NCBI RefSeq assembly: GCF_006345805.1 | Contig: NC_043016.1 | Location: 10,912,001 to 10,976,000 of the forward strand | Reading direction: 5' to 3' | Length of the DNA: 64,000 nucleotides | DNA from: Octopus sinensis | Lineage: Eukaryota | Shown here: piece by piece, positions 1-12,928 of the stretch | Layout of the letters: each line of letters begins with the position of its first letter | How positions within the stretch are numbered: position 1 is the first letter of the stretch | Notes under the pieces: model-generated | Told to the model about the DNA's origin: nothing | Seen by the model: only the letters and a program-made list of their open reading frames with translations | Database searches by the model: none | Position numbers and translations under genes: made by a program

Positions 1-667
1 AGTTAACCGGAGGAAAGAAAATTTCTCTTTCTTTTGTTAATGACACAAAATGATGTTTCCAATAGTATAATAGTATAAACTATTGGTCATGAGGTGAACA
101 TAACTTTAACATCACAAGTATTTTCTACACAATCCTACTTAAGTTGAATATTTACTTCGAATAAATTATTCACATTGTTTGGGATTAACTATGCATTATC
201 TTGTAGCTAAGAGATTTCAATGATGTGGACGTTTAGTTTTAGAATGACATTGTAGGGTAATTGTAAGAGATTGGATCTGCTTAGTTTTAATAAAACAGAT
301 AAAATATTTGGGCCGGATGTGGCAGGATTAAATGAGTAAAGGGTCAATTTAATTGGAAACAGTGTGAAGTGATGGTTGTTATTTCTTGGCCTATTCATCA
401 TAAAGCAAATACAGACTACAGAGGAAAAGGCAAGCCACTGGATTTGATTAAAAAGAGATGATGAGCAATGGCTAGAAGGACATTGAGTGAAACCAAGTAA
501 CCAGTTGATCTAGCAAGCAGGACACCATCTCAGTAAGGAGGGCCAGTGCACAATAATGCTGTCAAGAGGAAGGCTCCAAAATGGCATGCATTTTCTCCTG
601 ATGACCCCATAAGCCTGCTAGCATCCAGTATACAGAACTTTCAAATGCAAGTTGTTTGCAATATGTA

Positions 668-746
668 TCATCATCATCATCATCATTTAAGTCCGTTGTC
701 CTTGCTGGCATGGGTTGGATGGTTTGACCAGAGGCTGATAAGCTGA
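668..746 (-). mobile_element. 3' terminal fragment of the RTE LINE family, with (GAT)n tail; cut by the assembly gap
   Basis: Reverse complement resembles the AACCGTCCAACCCATGCTAGCATGG...TTAAA(CGAT)GATGAT end of the long RTE copy at ~36060-36126. Confidence 0.7.
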
Positions 747-846
747 NNNNNNNNNNNNNNNNNNNNNNNNNNNNNNNNNNNNNNNNNNNNNNNNNNNNNN
801 NNNNNNNNNNNNNNNNNNNNNNNNNNNNNNNNNNNNNNNNNNNNNN
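747..846. other. Assembly gap (100 N)
   Basis: Run of exactly 100 N, probably a placeholder length. Confidence 0.99.
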
Positions 847-1131
847 AAGAAGAAGAAGAAGAAAAAAACTCCATGCAATAGGGAAACGGATGGGAAAGGA
901 AGTGGGATGCGGATACGGAACATGGCGTGTTTGATAGGAAAGTGTGAAAAGGGACATTTTTATAAGAAGCCAATATATGTAGGAATGCAGGTGATGAAGA
1001 ACTTGAAGAACTGGATGAAACTGGATGGAACTGAGATGGATGGATGGATAGGAAGAAGGAAACAAAAGGATGTGAGAGACTTGGTGCATTGTCCAATGGC
1101 ACTGGAATGATACCATATACAAGATGAAAAA

Positions 1132-1538
1132 TCTGAATATATATATATACATATATATAAAAGTAAGGTTGTGTGCTGTCTGTCTCCTACGATTTAGATT
1201 CCTAACTACTCCCACATTTTGCGGTGCAGTTTAGCCAAAACCGGGTATCTTATAGTCGTGATTCATATCGAGCCCTTCTGGGTATTAGCGTGCGTCTACG
1301 ATGAGTCTACGATTAAAAAAAAAATTTACCATCAATTTTTCCCATTTTAATGCATTTTTGCATATAAAGGGAAGTAATCTCTAAAAAATTTATTATTAAA
1401 TCTCAGAACATAAAAAGCTACAGTAACCCCCTCCCTTTGTGGGTAGCCATATTGAGATGGCTATTATACTTTACATCTCTAAAAATGCTTATATAGTTAT
1501 TTCCTTACAAACCGAGCAACGCCGGGCGATACTGCTAG
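1132..1538 (+). mobile_element. Non-autonomous Helitron (~400 bp)
   Basis: 5' A|TC...TATATATAAAAGTAAGGTTGTGTG; 3' hairpin CCGAGCAACGCCGGGC then CTAG|T. Near-identical to the inverted copy at 43006-43401. Confidence 0.8.
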
Positions 1539-1557
1539 TAATATATATATAAATAAT

Positions 1558-1950
1558 GTGGGAGAGCTTGCTAGGGGTACTAGGTCTGTGGGTAGACCGT
1601 TCTTACGTTACAAGGATGTTTGCAAAAGGGACATGAAGGCCTGCAACATAAGTATTAGCAGTTGGGAAGCAATTGCCAGCAACCGTGGAGATTGGCGACG
1701 TACCGTAAAAGAGGGAATACAAAGGAGTGACAGAGAGAGAGAGGAGAAATGGAAAGACAAGAAGAGACGTCAACAAGAAACTATGACATTACAACCAGCC
1801 AGGCAAAGTCTTCGCTACATTTACGGTACCTGCCAGAAGGAGTGTTTGTCCAGGATAGGACTACACAGCCACAGCAGGAGATGTATTAGGACATAAAATG
1901 TAAAAGTCGGACTAGACTACTTTATGTGCAACTCCATTGTCTCCCGAGAC
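1558..1950 (+). mobile_element. RTE/BovB-type LINE 3' fragment (ORF2 C-terminus and short 3' UTR)
   Basis: Peptide GELARGTRSVGRPFLRYKDVCKRDMK...W...R..W...CLSRIGLHSHSRRC is the typical RTE C-terminus with its terminal Cys/His motif. Confidence 0.85.
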
Positions 1951-1961
1951 AGAAAGAATGC

Positions 1962-2390
1962 CAACCAAAGTAGGGTACCAGAATACCACTTGCTAGAAAT
2001 AGGAGTTAACACTCCAAACCACAAATTTCTCATTATTAAGAAATACACACGGTGAATGCAACGAATATAATAAAAAAAAGGCTTACCTTGTATAAACCAC
2101 AAAAGAAGAAACAGACATCTTGGTACCAATGGATTTTTACCTTTTGTACGTTAGTACTTAAGGATCGTCAACCAAGCTTATTGCATTCATCAATTTTACA
2201 AAATATTCATCACATTATACCATGCGTGTTTGTTGATCTGAATGCCCCCACGACATTCAAAATTGAACATAAAGTGAATCAGTACAATATAAAATCTAAT
2301 AAAGTATTATTACCATTATTAAAAGTAAATTTGTTTGGAGTGTTACCTTCTATTTCTAGCAAGCAGTATTCTGGTACCCTAATTTATTTA
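1962..2390. repeat. Inverted repeat, ~70-bp arms (1962-2040 / 2316-2390), ~280-bp spacer
   Basis: TTTGGAGTGTTA..T.CTATTTCTAGCAAG..GTATTCTGGTACCCTA occurs on both strands; also visible as near-identical peptides in ORFs 1917- and 2052+. Confidence 0.8.
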
Positions 2391-2430
2391 TTTGTATAAT
2401 TTACCTATATAGGTTAAACTTGCTGACCAC

Positions 2431-2495
<65 letters not shown>

Positions 2496-2526
2496 TTTAA
2501 TGATGATTATAATACTTTATTAGATT

Positions 2527-2676
2527 TGTGTGGTAAGTAGCTTGCTAACCAACCCACATGGTTCTGGGTTCAGTCCCACTGCGTGGCATCTTGGGCAAGT
2601 GGTCTTCTGCTATAGCCCCGGGCCGACCAATGCCTTGTGAGTGGATTTGTAGACGGAAACTGAAAGAAGCCTGTCG

Positions 2677-2707
<31 letters not shown>

Positions 2708-2945
2708 ATATATATATATATATGTATGTATGTGTGTGTGTGTTTGTGTGTCTGTGTTGTCCCCCTAGCATTGCTTGAACCGATGCTGGTGTGTTTATGT
2801 CCCCGTCATTTAGCGGTTCGGCAAAAGAGACCGATAGAATAAGTACTGGCTTACAAAAGAATAGGGTCCCCGGGGTCGATTTGCTCGCCTAAAAGGCGGT
2901 GCTCCAGCATGGCCGCAGTCAAATGACTGAAACAATTAAAAGAGT
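2527..2945 (+). mobile_element. tRNA-derived SINE, family A
   Basis: Head with B-box-like GGTTCAGTCCC, central (TA)n/(TG)n tract, tail GGTGCTCCAGCATGGCCGCAGTCAAATGACTGAAACAA; many copies in the window. Confidence 0.9.
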
Positions 2946-3489
2946 ACAAGAAACATGTATTGATCATTTGCATTACACTGCCATCATGCAACATATATTT
3001 TAAAAGCTCTCAGTTCAATCTATAAAGCTTACAAAACCACTAAAGTCAGCCGTTATATATGACAACAACAACAACACCTTCCTTTCCCAAATGTCCCCCT
3101 TTTTTTTTTTAATTAGTTATCAATTTTAATCCACCGTTTTTGCACATACCAAATCTGAAACATTCATTACTGGAGACCACCCACCTCAAATTATCTGATA
3201 CTTATTTTTCTCAATTTAAACATGTTTAAACTTGTCGCCTCTAAATTTCACCGTTTCTTCCACACTAAGTCCCAGATGAAGTTTGATTTCCTGTTTTGTT
3301 CTTTCACTGCTGAAGAATGTTCCAGTTTAATTTTTTTTAATGTCGTTATCAATATAGTCTTCGAGGGTGACACATTTTTCATTGACAGTTGATAGAGCAA
3401 TGCACTGAATGTCTCCTGGTATCTTATTTCAATTGTTTTATCTCCTGACAGCCAAGACACATCACTTAGTGATGAGGGAATTCAGATCA

Positions 3490-3710
3490 TGATTGAAAGG
3501 TCATGTGCTTCAATGGCGTGTAGTGTCCTTGAGCAAGACTCTTTATTTCACGTTGCTCCAGTCCCCTCAGCTGGCAAAAATAAGTAGAACCTGTAATTTC
3601 AAAGGGTCTGCCTTGTCACACTCTGAGTCTTCCTAAGGATCACATTAAGGGTACGCATGTCTGTGGAGCGCTCAGCCACTTGCACATCAATTTCACGACC
3701 AGGCTGTACG
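3490..3710 (+). mobile_element. SINE family C fragment
   Basis: GTCCTTGAGCAAGAC...TTTCACGTTGCTCCAGTCC.CTCAGCTGGCAAAAAT is shared with the copy at 7784. Confidence 0.7.
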
Positions 3711-3719
3711 CATATATAT

Positions 3720-4050
3720 AAACACACAAACATGCACGAAAACACACACACACGCACACAAACACACACACACACTTGCACACACACATATATACGCACA
3801 TACACACACACACACACATATACACACATGTACACACACAGACATTCACATGTACATACACACACCTGCACAAACACACATGCAAGCACACACATACACA
3901 TAATACAAGCACGCAAACACATGCACATACACAAACACACATACACACACATACACACAGACACACACATATGCACACATGCAAGCACACACATACACAT
4001 AATGCAAGCACACAAACACATGCACATACACAAACACACATATACACACA

Positions 4051-4084
<34 letters not shown>

Positions 4085-4110
4085 TGCACACATGCATGCA
4101 CGCACGCACG
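3720..4110. repeat. Degenerate (CA)n/(CATA)n tract with a ~100-bp internal duplication
   Basis: Direct inspection; source of the HT/CV-rich pseudo-ORFs. Confidence 0.9.
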
Positions 4111-4369
4111 TATCTACTAAGAAAGGCTTTGGTCAGTTCCGTTGCTCGTCCACTCACACCAAGATTGAGATTTGAAACAAAAACTCAACTTGTAGGAGGA
4201 GATATTGAGATGGTGAAGACGGAAAGAGAAAAACCGGGCATGGCTACATCCTGTTCGCATGGCAAAAATTTTATAATAAAATGCTAATGGCGCTGAGTGA
4301 GGGGAGAAGGGGAGGAGCACCTTGGAAACCAATTCCTGTTCTTGGAAATGCATGAGTATTGAGAAAATG

Positions 4370-5110
4370 GTTGTGGTAGTAGTAGTGGTGGTGGTGGTGG
4401 TGGTGGTTATGGTTTAGGCGGTGATAATAGTGATAATGATAGGTGGTGGTGGTGATGATGAAGATGATGACGATGATGATGATGATGATGATAACGACAA
4501 AACGACAAAGACAATGATGATAGTGGTGATGGTGTTGATAATGATAATGTGTGGTAGTGGCGGTAGTGGCGGAGGGTGGTAGTGGTGTGGTGGTGGTGGT
4601 GGTATGTGATGTGGGGTAGTGGTGGTGGTGGTAGTGTGTTGTGGTGTGGTAGTGGTGGTGGTAGTGGTAGTGGTGATGGTGGTGGTGGTGGTGGTGGTGG
4701 TGGTGGTGTGGGGTAGTGGTGGTGGTGGTAGTTGGTGGTGGGTGGTAGTGGTGGTGGTGGTAGTGGTGATGGTGGTGGTAGTTGTGGTGGTAGTGGTGGT
4801 GATGGTAGTGGTGGTGGTAGTGGTGGTGGTGGTTAGTGGTGATGGTGGTGGTAGTTGTTGTGTGGTAGTGGTGATGGTGGTGGTGGTGGTGGTGGTGGTT
4901 GTGGTGATGGTGGTAGTGGTGATGGTGGTGTGGTGGGTGTTGGTGATGGTGGGTGGCGGTAGTGGTGATGGTGTGGTGTTGTGTTGGTGGTGGTAGGGTG
5001 GTGGTAGTGGTGGTGGTGGTAGTAGTGGTGGTTGTAGTGGTGGTGGTGGTGATGGTGGTGGTGGTGGTGGTAGTGGTGTTGGTGGTGGTGTTGGTGGTGA
5101 GGGTAGTTTA
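4370..5110. repeat. Compound (GGT)n/(GAT)n/(AGT) trinucleotide tract
   Basis: Direct inspection. Confidence 0.95.
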
Positions 5111-5569
5111 ATGATAATGCCATGATGGTAATAAAAATAATGCTGACGTTGACAATAGCAATAACATTGATGATGACACAACAACAACAATGACAATGGT
5201 GACAAAGACAATGATTCCATGATGATGATGATGATAGGGGTAGTGGCGTTGATGATCATGATCATGATACAATATTTAAAGTGCACATTGCTTCTGCTTC
5301 ACAGACTTAATTTAAGAAAAAATTCATAATTATTGTTCAGCAGCACAACTTGTAACTTAACAAAAAAAAAAAAAAAAATTAATAAATAAAAAAATAAAAG
5401 AAAAATTAACAAAAAAAAAAGGTTATTGCAAAAATAGAAATAACAAAACATTGAAGGTATATAAAAAATATTGTATTTCTATAAAAGACAATGAGTAAAT
5501 AAAAATGGAAAAATGAAATTTATAAAATAAGCAAACGTCCAATTCGTGTCAGAATGGAAAAACAGATAT

Positions 5570-5714
5570 TAAATGATGATGATGGTGATGGTGGTGATGT
5601 TGAAGATGACAGCGAAGGTGGCGGCAGCGATGACGATGACGACAGTGACGATGACAAAGATGATAACGACAGTGATGATGATGATGACAGTGATGATGAT
5701 GATGATGATGACAG

Positions 5715-5775
<61 letters not shown>

Positions 5776-6050
5776 AGTGGTGGTGATCATGATCATGATG
5801 GTGATGTTGAAGATGACAGCGAAGGTGGCGGCAGCGATGACAATGACGACAGTGATGATGACAAAGATGATAATGACAGTGATGATGATGATGATGATCA
5901 TCATCATCATCATCATCATCATCATGGTGATGGTGATGACGACGACGACGATGATGATGATGATGGTGACGATGATGATGATGACGATGATGAATGATGA
6001 TAACGATGAAGACGACGACGATGACGACGATGATGATGGTGACGATGGCA
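5570..6050. repeat. (GAT)n-based tract with a ~110-bp internal duplication
   Basis: GATGTTGAAGATGACAGCGAAGGTGGCGGCAGCGATGAC occurs at ~5595 and ~5803. Confidence 0.9.
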
Positions 6051-6384
6051 ATAGGGATGTGAAACAAATCATTTTTGAAATGTCATTGCAAGACAAAAAA
6101 ATAACAACAAAATACACTTCATGGTAGAACAGGCTTTGACACAGGAAATGCTGACAATATTAATCGTGTCTTTCAAAATTAATTTTCTTTATAATACTTA
6201 AACGAAAATACATTTTATTCAAAATGTATTTATCAGGAATTATTTTCAAAATTTATCCCAGCAGTGGCACCAAATGTTTGGTTGTGTGAACGAAGGGCAT
6301 CTCTACATTAGAGACAGAGAATCCTTTAACCAGTTATAAATTTGGAACCATCCATCAAAGAATTCCCTGAAATTCCATTTCTCT

Positions 6385-6675
6385 GTCTTGTTTCTTTTAC
6401 TTGCTTCTGTCGTTGGACTGTGGCCATGCTGGGGCACCACCTTGAAGGGTTTTAGTTGAACAAATCAATCCCAGTATATCTTTTATCTTTTACTTGTTTC
6501 AGTCATTGGACTGTGGCCATGCTGGGGCACCACCTTGAAGGGTTTTAGTTGAACAAATCAATCCCAGTATATCTTTTATCTTTTACTTGTTTCAGTCATT
6601 GAACTGTGGCCATGCTGGGGCACCACTTTGAAGGCCACAGTCCAATGACTGAAACAAGTAAAAGATAAAAGATAT
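6385..6675. repeat. SINE A tail in ~101-bp tandem copies ending in a fold-back inversion
   Basis: Three CTGTGGCCATGCTGGGGCACCAC units, then the reverse complement GGCCACAGTCCAATGACTGAAACAAGTAAAAGATAAAAGATAT. Confidence 0.85.
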
Positions 6676-7010
6676 CCCTTATTTTGGCTCCATGTCTAAG
6701 AGAAAAAGTGCAGAAATAATATTGAAGAAGTTAATGGAGAAAAAAAATGTTAGAAAATTTCAAAATTTTCTTTTTTAGTTTTATAAAAAGGTTCAAAGAA
6801 TGTTTACTCTAAATTTTTTTTAAATACTGAAAAACATCAAATTTTTTGCTATAGGAAAATATTTTTGAGACACATAAAAGGAGATAGTCATTCTAGTTTT
6901 GGAATCAATGAATTTAAACATCATTCATAATGCAATTGCTAAATTGCAATGTTACAATATTTATTTGTTTAAATAAATTAACATTGTTGACGTTGAAAGA
7001 TTTTGGACAA

Positions 7011-7168
7011 AGGAGTGGCTGTGTGGTAAGTAGCTTGCTTACCAACTACACGGTCCCAGGTTCAGTTCTATTGCTTGGCACCTTGGGCAAGTGTCTTCTA
7101 CTATAGCCTCAAGCCAACCAAAGTCATGTGAGTAGAATTTGGTGGATGGAAACTGAAAGACATCCATC

Positions 7169-7200
<32 letters not shown>

Positions 7201-7408
7201 ATGCTTGTGTGTCTGTGTTTGTCCCCCCAGCATCACTTGACAACAGATGTTGGTGTGTTTACATCTCCATAACTTAGCAGTTTGGCAAAAGAGACCAATA
7301 GAATAAGTACTAGGCTTACAAAGAATAAGAGTTGGGGGGTCGATTTGTTTGACTAAAGGCGATGCACCAGCATGGCCGCAGTGAAATGACTGAAACAAAT
7401 AAAAGGAG
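7011..7408 (+). mobile_element. SINE family A, full length
   Basis: GGAGTGGCTGTGTGGTAAG head, (TG)n middle, family tail. Confidence 0.9.
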
Positions 7409-7783
7409 GAATGAAAGATGTTACCGAGAGAAATTCCTCTGGAGATTGTTGCAAGATTTGCTGTTAATCTCTTAGAAAGGTTATTCAGGAACCAGAAAAT
7501 TTCAAACAAAAACAAAAGCTGAGGATTAAGATGCAACTTCCAATGCTTGAAATATATGGCTTGAAATGACATTATAAAATCTTCAGAGATTATGGTTTAC
7601 CTATCGTATAAGATTAATACAATGAACGCATAACCTTCTTAGGAACAAGACAGCAATGTGGGAAACACTGAAAGCTTCAATAATTTAGAAGTAATTCATT
7701 AGATGACATTTCAGACAGTTTTGGCAAAGAATTAATTTCTACACTTCTTTTCAAATAAAGTAAGTCATAGCAGGAAATATAGT

Positions 7784-8040
7784 GGAGGTGCGTGGCTTAG
7801 TGGTTACGGTATTGAACTCATAATCGTAAGGTTGTAGTTTCGATTCCGGGACCGGGCAATGCGTTGTGTTCTTGAGCAAAACACTTCATTTCATGTTGCT
7901 CCAGTCCACTCAGCTGGCAAAATGAGTAATGCTGTGATGGACTGGTGTCCTGTCCAGCTGGGGAATACATATGCCATAGAAACCGGGAGACCGGGCCCAT
8001 GAGCCTGGCTAGGCTTTAAAAGGGCACATTTATTTTATTT
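7784..8040 (+). mobile_element. tRNA-derived SINE, family C, full length
   Basis: A box TGGCTTAGTGGT, B-box-like GTTTCGATTCC, body TTCTTGAGCAAAACACTTCATTTC, (ATTTT)n tail. Confidence 0.85.
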
Positions 8041-9275
8041 TTATAGCAGGAATATTGATAGAGACCTTAGCATCAACTCACTGCATAAGAATTGAACCCA
8101 AATCACTGTGTTCAAATGTGAAAGCAAGTGTAAACATCCATACACTATTTTGTCAGGGATTGATGACATCAGCCAGCAACTAGACATTCAGGTTTTAGGT
8201 AGAAACATAAAGAACTTGTTTTCATCAGTAGCCAGACTGACTGTCAAAAGCACAATAGACCCAGCAGATGCTTAAACTCATTAGAATCTGTTGGTGTGAA
8301 TAACATATTGAAATGTCATTAATAATTTTGTCTTTGGCACCTTATCGCTGGTCACTTGTCAAAAAGACAATCAATATCAATGGTTACAGGAGCTTATGCC
8401 ACTCAATATCAGCTACAGAATTCAGTCCTTATAACAGTTCAGCTTCATTACTGGTGCACACATCTCTTGTGGACACAAAAGAACTGATTAACTTGCTGTA
8501 AACATCTCTTCCCTGTCATCAGAGTGTTTTGCCACACTGCATGGATACACACAAACTGATTCACTTAAAGTGAATAACTCTTTCCTCTTGTTATTGCACC
8601 AACAGCTTTTTTTGTTAACAATAAATAAATATTTTTGTATTGGACTTCACACAAACTATTAAATTCCTTTATCACAAAGTAATTGATATAATTTCTTTTT
8701 ATTTAACTCTAAAATAATTTTACTACATTTTTCTTTTTTCATTTAACATTAGAATGTAATTTATTTGGTAACATTAGTTTAAGATTGATCCAATACTTGG
8801 AATACTTCCAAAATCTAATATACTCTTGATTAAACAGACCACGATAATCAAAGTAAATAGCATTGATAAAATGAACACACACTTAATTTTAACCGAATGC
8901 TAATTAATACATTTATTATTCTGTTTCTTTATTTTAATGCATTAAATTCAACACATAGTAATTGAGTTTATTGTTTTTCTCATGAATCAGGCCAGAAGCT
9001 GACAGGATCATTAGCACACCAGACAAAGTACTTAACAACATTTCTTCCATCTCTTTACACTCTGAGTTTAAATTCCACCAAGGTCAACTTTGCCTTTCAT
9101 TCTTTCAGGGTCAATAAAACCAAGTACCAGTGATACAATGGGGTCAACGTAATCAACTTCTCCACCCAACAACACTCAAAACAGCTGGCCTAGCTCCAAA
9201 TCTGGAAAGAATTTCCTCATAACATTGGTTAAATTAATAAGTTTATTACAAATAATTGACAGACAATTAGTTTGT

Positions 9276-9665
9276 AGGAGTGGCTGTGTGGTAAGTAGCT
9301 TGCTTACGAACCACATGGTTCCGGGTTCAGTCCCACTGCGTGGCACCTTGGGCAAGTGTCTTCTGCTATAGCCCCGGGCCAACCAAAGCCTTGTGAGTGG
9401 ATTTGGTAGACGGAAACTGAAAGAAGCCTGTCGTATATGTGTACATATATATATGTGTATGTTTGTGTGTTGTGTTTGTCCCCCTCCCCCAACATCGCTT
9501 GACAACAGATGCTGGTGTGTTTAGGTCCTCGTATCTTAGCGGTTCGGCAAAGGAGGCTGATAGAATAAGTACTAGGCTTACAAAGAATAAGTCCTGGGGT
9601 TCGATTTGCTCGACTAAAGGCGGTGCTCCAGCATGGCCACAGTCAAATGACTGAAACAAGTAAAT
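9276..9665 (+). mobile_element. SINE family A, full length
   Basis: Same head, middle and tail as the other A copies. Confidence 0.92.
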
Positions 9666-9698
9666 GAAAATGTAAATGAAATAAATGGGACATTGTAA

Positions 9699-11223
9699 TT
9701 CTTTCTACTATACACACAAGGTCTGAAATTTTTTGGGGAGGGAATAAAGTCGATTACATCGACCCCAGTGTTTCACTGGTACTTAATTTATCAACCCCAA
9801 AAGGATGAAAGGTAAAGTCAACATTGGTGAAATTTGAACTTAGACTTAACGGTAGACAAAATACTGCTAAGCATTTCACCTGGAAAGCAAACGTTTCTGT
9901 CAGCTTGCCTTGAAAAATCTATCAATAATCTTTTCTACTATAGACAGAAAGTCTCAGATTTGTAGGGAGGGGACCAGTTGGTTACATCGACCCTAGTGTC
10001 TCACTGGTACTTAATTTATCAACCCTGAAAAGACGAGAGGCAAAGTCGACCTCGGCGGAACTTGAACTCAGAACATAGTGATGGGTGAAATACCGCTAAG
10101 CATTTCATCCAGCATGCAAACGATTCTGCCAGCTTGCTGCCTTGATGATGATGATGGTGATGGTGATGGTGGTGGTGATGGTGATGGTGGTGATGGTGGT
10201 GGTGGTGGTGATGGTGGTGATGGTGATGGTGGTGGTGATGGTGGTGGTGATGGTGGTGGTGACGGTGGTGGTGATGGTGGTGGTGATGGTGGTGGTGATG
10301 GTGGTGGTGGTGGTGGTGGTGGTGGTGATGGTGGTGATGGTGGTGGTGGTGATGGTGGTGGTGATGGTGGTGGTGGTTGTGGTGATGGTGGTGGTATGGT
10401 GGTGATATGGAGGGTGATGGTGATGGTGGTGGTGATGGTGATGGTGGTGATGATGGTGGTGGTGATGGTGGTGGTGATGGTGGTGGTGGTGATGGTGGTG
10501 ATGGTGATGGTGGTGGTGGTGGTGGTGATGGTGGTGGTCGTGGTGGTGGTGATGGTGGTGGTGATGGTGATGGTGGTGATGATGGTGGTGGTGATGATGG
10601 TGATGGTGGTGATGATGGTGGTGGTGATGGTGATGGTGGTGATGGTGATGATGGTGGTGGTGATGATGGTGATGGTGGTGGTGATGGTGGTGGTGGTGAG
10701 GGTGATGGTGATGGTGGTGGTGAAGGTGGTGGTGGTGAGGGTGATGGTGAGGGTGATGGTGATGGTGGTGGTGATGGTGGTGATGATGGTGGTGGTGATG
10801 GTGGTGGTGATGGTGGCAGTGGTGATGGTGGCGGTGGTGAGGGTGATGGTGATGATGGTAGTGGTGATGATGGTGGTGGTGGTGGTGGCAGTGATGGTGG
10901 TGGTGGTGGTGGTGGTGATGGTGGTGGTGGTGATGGTGGTGGTGGTGGTGATGGTGGTGGTGATGGTGATGGTGATGATGATGATGACGATGATGATGAT
11001 CCTTTCTACTATAGGCACAAGGCCTGAAATTTTGTGGGGAGGGGACTAGTCAATTACGTCGACCCCCAATGTTTCGCTGGTACTTAATTTATTGACTTCG
11101 AAAAGACGAAAGGCAAAGTTGACATCGGTGGAATTTGAACTCAGAACTCAGAATATAGCGATGGGCAAAACACCACTAAGCATTTCGTTCAGCGTACTAA
11201 CAATTCCTCCAGCTCGCTTCCTT
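9699..11223 (-). mobile_element. Three SINE family B (B2 tail) copies (9699-9912, 9929-10143, 11001-11223) enclosing an ~860-bp (GGT/GAT)n tract
   Basis: Reverse complement gives CTGGCAGAATCGTT head, GAGTTCAA B box and TTTGCCT.TC.TC...GGG.TGATAAATTAAGTACCAG core; the third copy's tail runs into the (ATC/ACC)n tract. Confidence 0.8.
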
Positions 11224-11412
11224 ATTGACAGACACCATTATGCTAACCCAATTCCATTGAATCAAATAATGGTCTTTTAAACAGCAAGAAGTATTTTATT
11301 GCATATAGTTTTTTAATTTAAAGTTATTTCCTGAATAGAAGCTATAGCGCACGTAATCTTAATTGATATCGTTTATCTGTTATCTTTCTACATGCTTCAT
11401 TCATTGTAATGA

Positions 11413-11766
11413 ATTTACATCTCCCATAACTTAGCAGTTCAGTAAAAGAGATCGATAGGATAAGTTCCAAGCTTTAAAAACAAAATTCTGAGGTCAATTC
11501 ATTCGACTAAAAATTCTCTAAGGCAGTGCTCTAGGATGTCCGCAGTACTGCGGACATCCTAGAGCACTGCCTTAGAGAATTTTTTAGTCGAATGAATTGA
11601 CCCCAGAGTTTTTTGTTTTTTTTTAAAGCTTGGAACTTATCCTATCGATCTCTTTTAACTGCTAAGTTATGGAGATGTAAATATATCAATATCGGTTTGT
11701 CAAGTGGTGGAGGGGGACAAACACAAACATAACACTCACACACAAATACACACACACGCACGTGCG

Positions 11767-11798
<32 letters not shown>

Positions 11799-11968
11799 CA
11801 CATACACATGCACATATACACAACAGGCTTCTTTCAGTTTCTGTCTAGCAAATCTACTCACAAGATTTTGGCCGGCTCAAGGCTATCGTGGAAGACACTT
11901 GCCCGAGGTGCCACGCAGTGGGACTGAACCAGAAACCAATGTGGTTGAGAAGAAACCTTCTTACCACA
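11413..11968 (-). mobile_element. SINE family A whose 3' end is replaced by a ~135-bp-arm fold-back palindrome (11413-11682)
   Basis: SINE head/body at 11968-11700; palindrome centre CCGCAGT|ACTGCGG at 11546/11547. Confidence 0.85.
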
Positions 11969-12164
11969 GTCAATGTAAGATCACACAGACAAATATATAC
12001 GATGCCATATTGGCATATTAGGTCAGAAGAATATGGGATGTTAAAACAAATACACCAGATTGCTCATTTACAAAGTCATGTGGTAGAATAAAAAGGGAAA
12101 GAAAGAAAGAATGAAAAAAGAAAGAAGAAAAACAAAGAGAATAGGAAAAAAATGAACATCATAG

Positions 12165-12317
12165 GTGCAGGAGTGGCTGTGTGGTAAGAAGCTTGCTTTC
12201 AAACCACATGGTTCAGGGTTCAGTCCCACTGTGTGGCACCTTGGACATGTGTCTTCTACCTCAGACCGGCCAAAGCCCTGTGAGTGGATTTGGTAGATGG
12301 AAACTGAAAGAAGACTG

Positions 12318-12320
<3 letters not shown>
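12165..12320 (+). mobile_element. SINE family A, 5' half ending in (TA)n
   Basis: Family head through GGAAACTGAAAGAAG. Confidence 0.85.
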
Positions 12321-12349
<29 letters not shown>

Positions 12350-12375
12350 CAAAGTGAAGTTGTAAGGTATATATA

Positions 12376-12414
<39 letters not shown>

Positions 12415-12600
12415 CACATATACATATATATTATATATATATACATATATATATTATATGTACATATATATATATATATATGAATATATATATTCTATTC
12501 TTCACTAAGAGCTAATACGGCCTTTTTTGGATAATCGCCAGACATCGGTTGAGGACTCTAACACACAGAAGAATTTAATAGGGATGCTTTTTACATAGAT

Positions 12601-12815
12601 TATTCTATGAAAAACATACCAATACCATCAAGGGAACTATATTCTAAGAAACTTTTGGCGAAAATTACTGATCTAATTAAGCGCATGAGATGGAAAGCTT
12701 TCTTTTATAACACGGAAGTGGACACCATAGAAAATACTTTCTTTCGTATAAAATCTAAAAAAATTCCCTCCTAAGATCAAAGGCTTGGAAGATTTTGAGG
12801 CGTTTTTCAGATGGC
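12601..12815 (+). mobile_element. Penelope-like element, N-terminal ORF remnant
   Basis: Translates YSMKNIPIPSRELYSKKLLAKITDLIKRMRWKAFFY..., matching the KNIP.P...K.....KRMRWKAFF pattern I recall for PLE ORF N-termini; stop at ~12772. Confidence 0.7.
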
Positions 12816-12928
12816 CAAATAAGCAAAGAGGTGGTGGTGTGGATTTCTACTCCAAAACTCAGAGTTTTATCTTGGCTACTGAATAATTTTCACATATTAT
12901 TTTTACAGATACATATATATATATATAT

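Noticed and set aside
850-1110. ORF 907-1110 as a gene or LINE piece
   Set aside because: Purine-rich sequence next to a gap with no motif I can assign.
3599-6127. Long ORFs rich in H/T/C/V/D/M/P (likewise at 10-11, 19-21, 38.6-39.1, 42-44.5 and 56.3-56.7 kb)
   Set aside because: Stop-free translations of simple repeats in several frames on both strands; no domain content.
6290-6375. Possible terminal exon on the minus strand (EFFDGWFQIYNWLKDSLSLM*)
   Set aside because: Short, weak acceptor context next to a SINE, no recognisable homology; needs transcript evidence.
7784-7860. tRNA genes
   Set aside because: All A/B-box sequences continue into SINE bodies and lack a complete cloverleaf with an acceptor stem.
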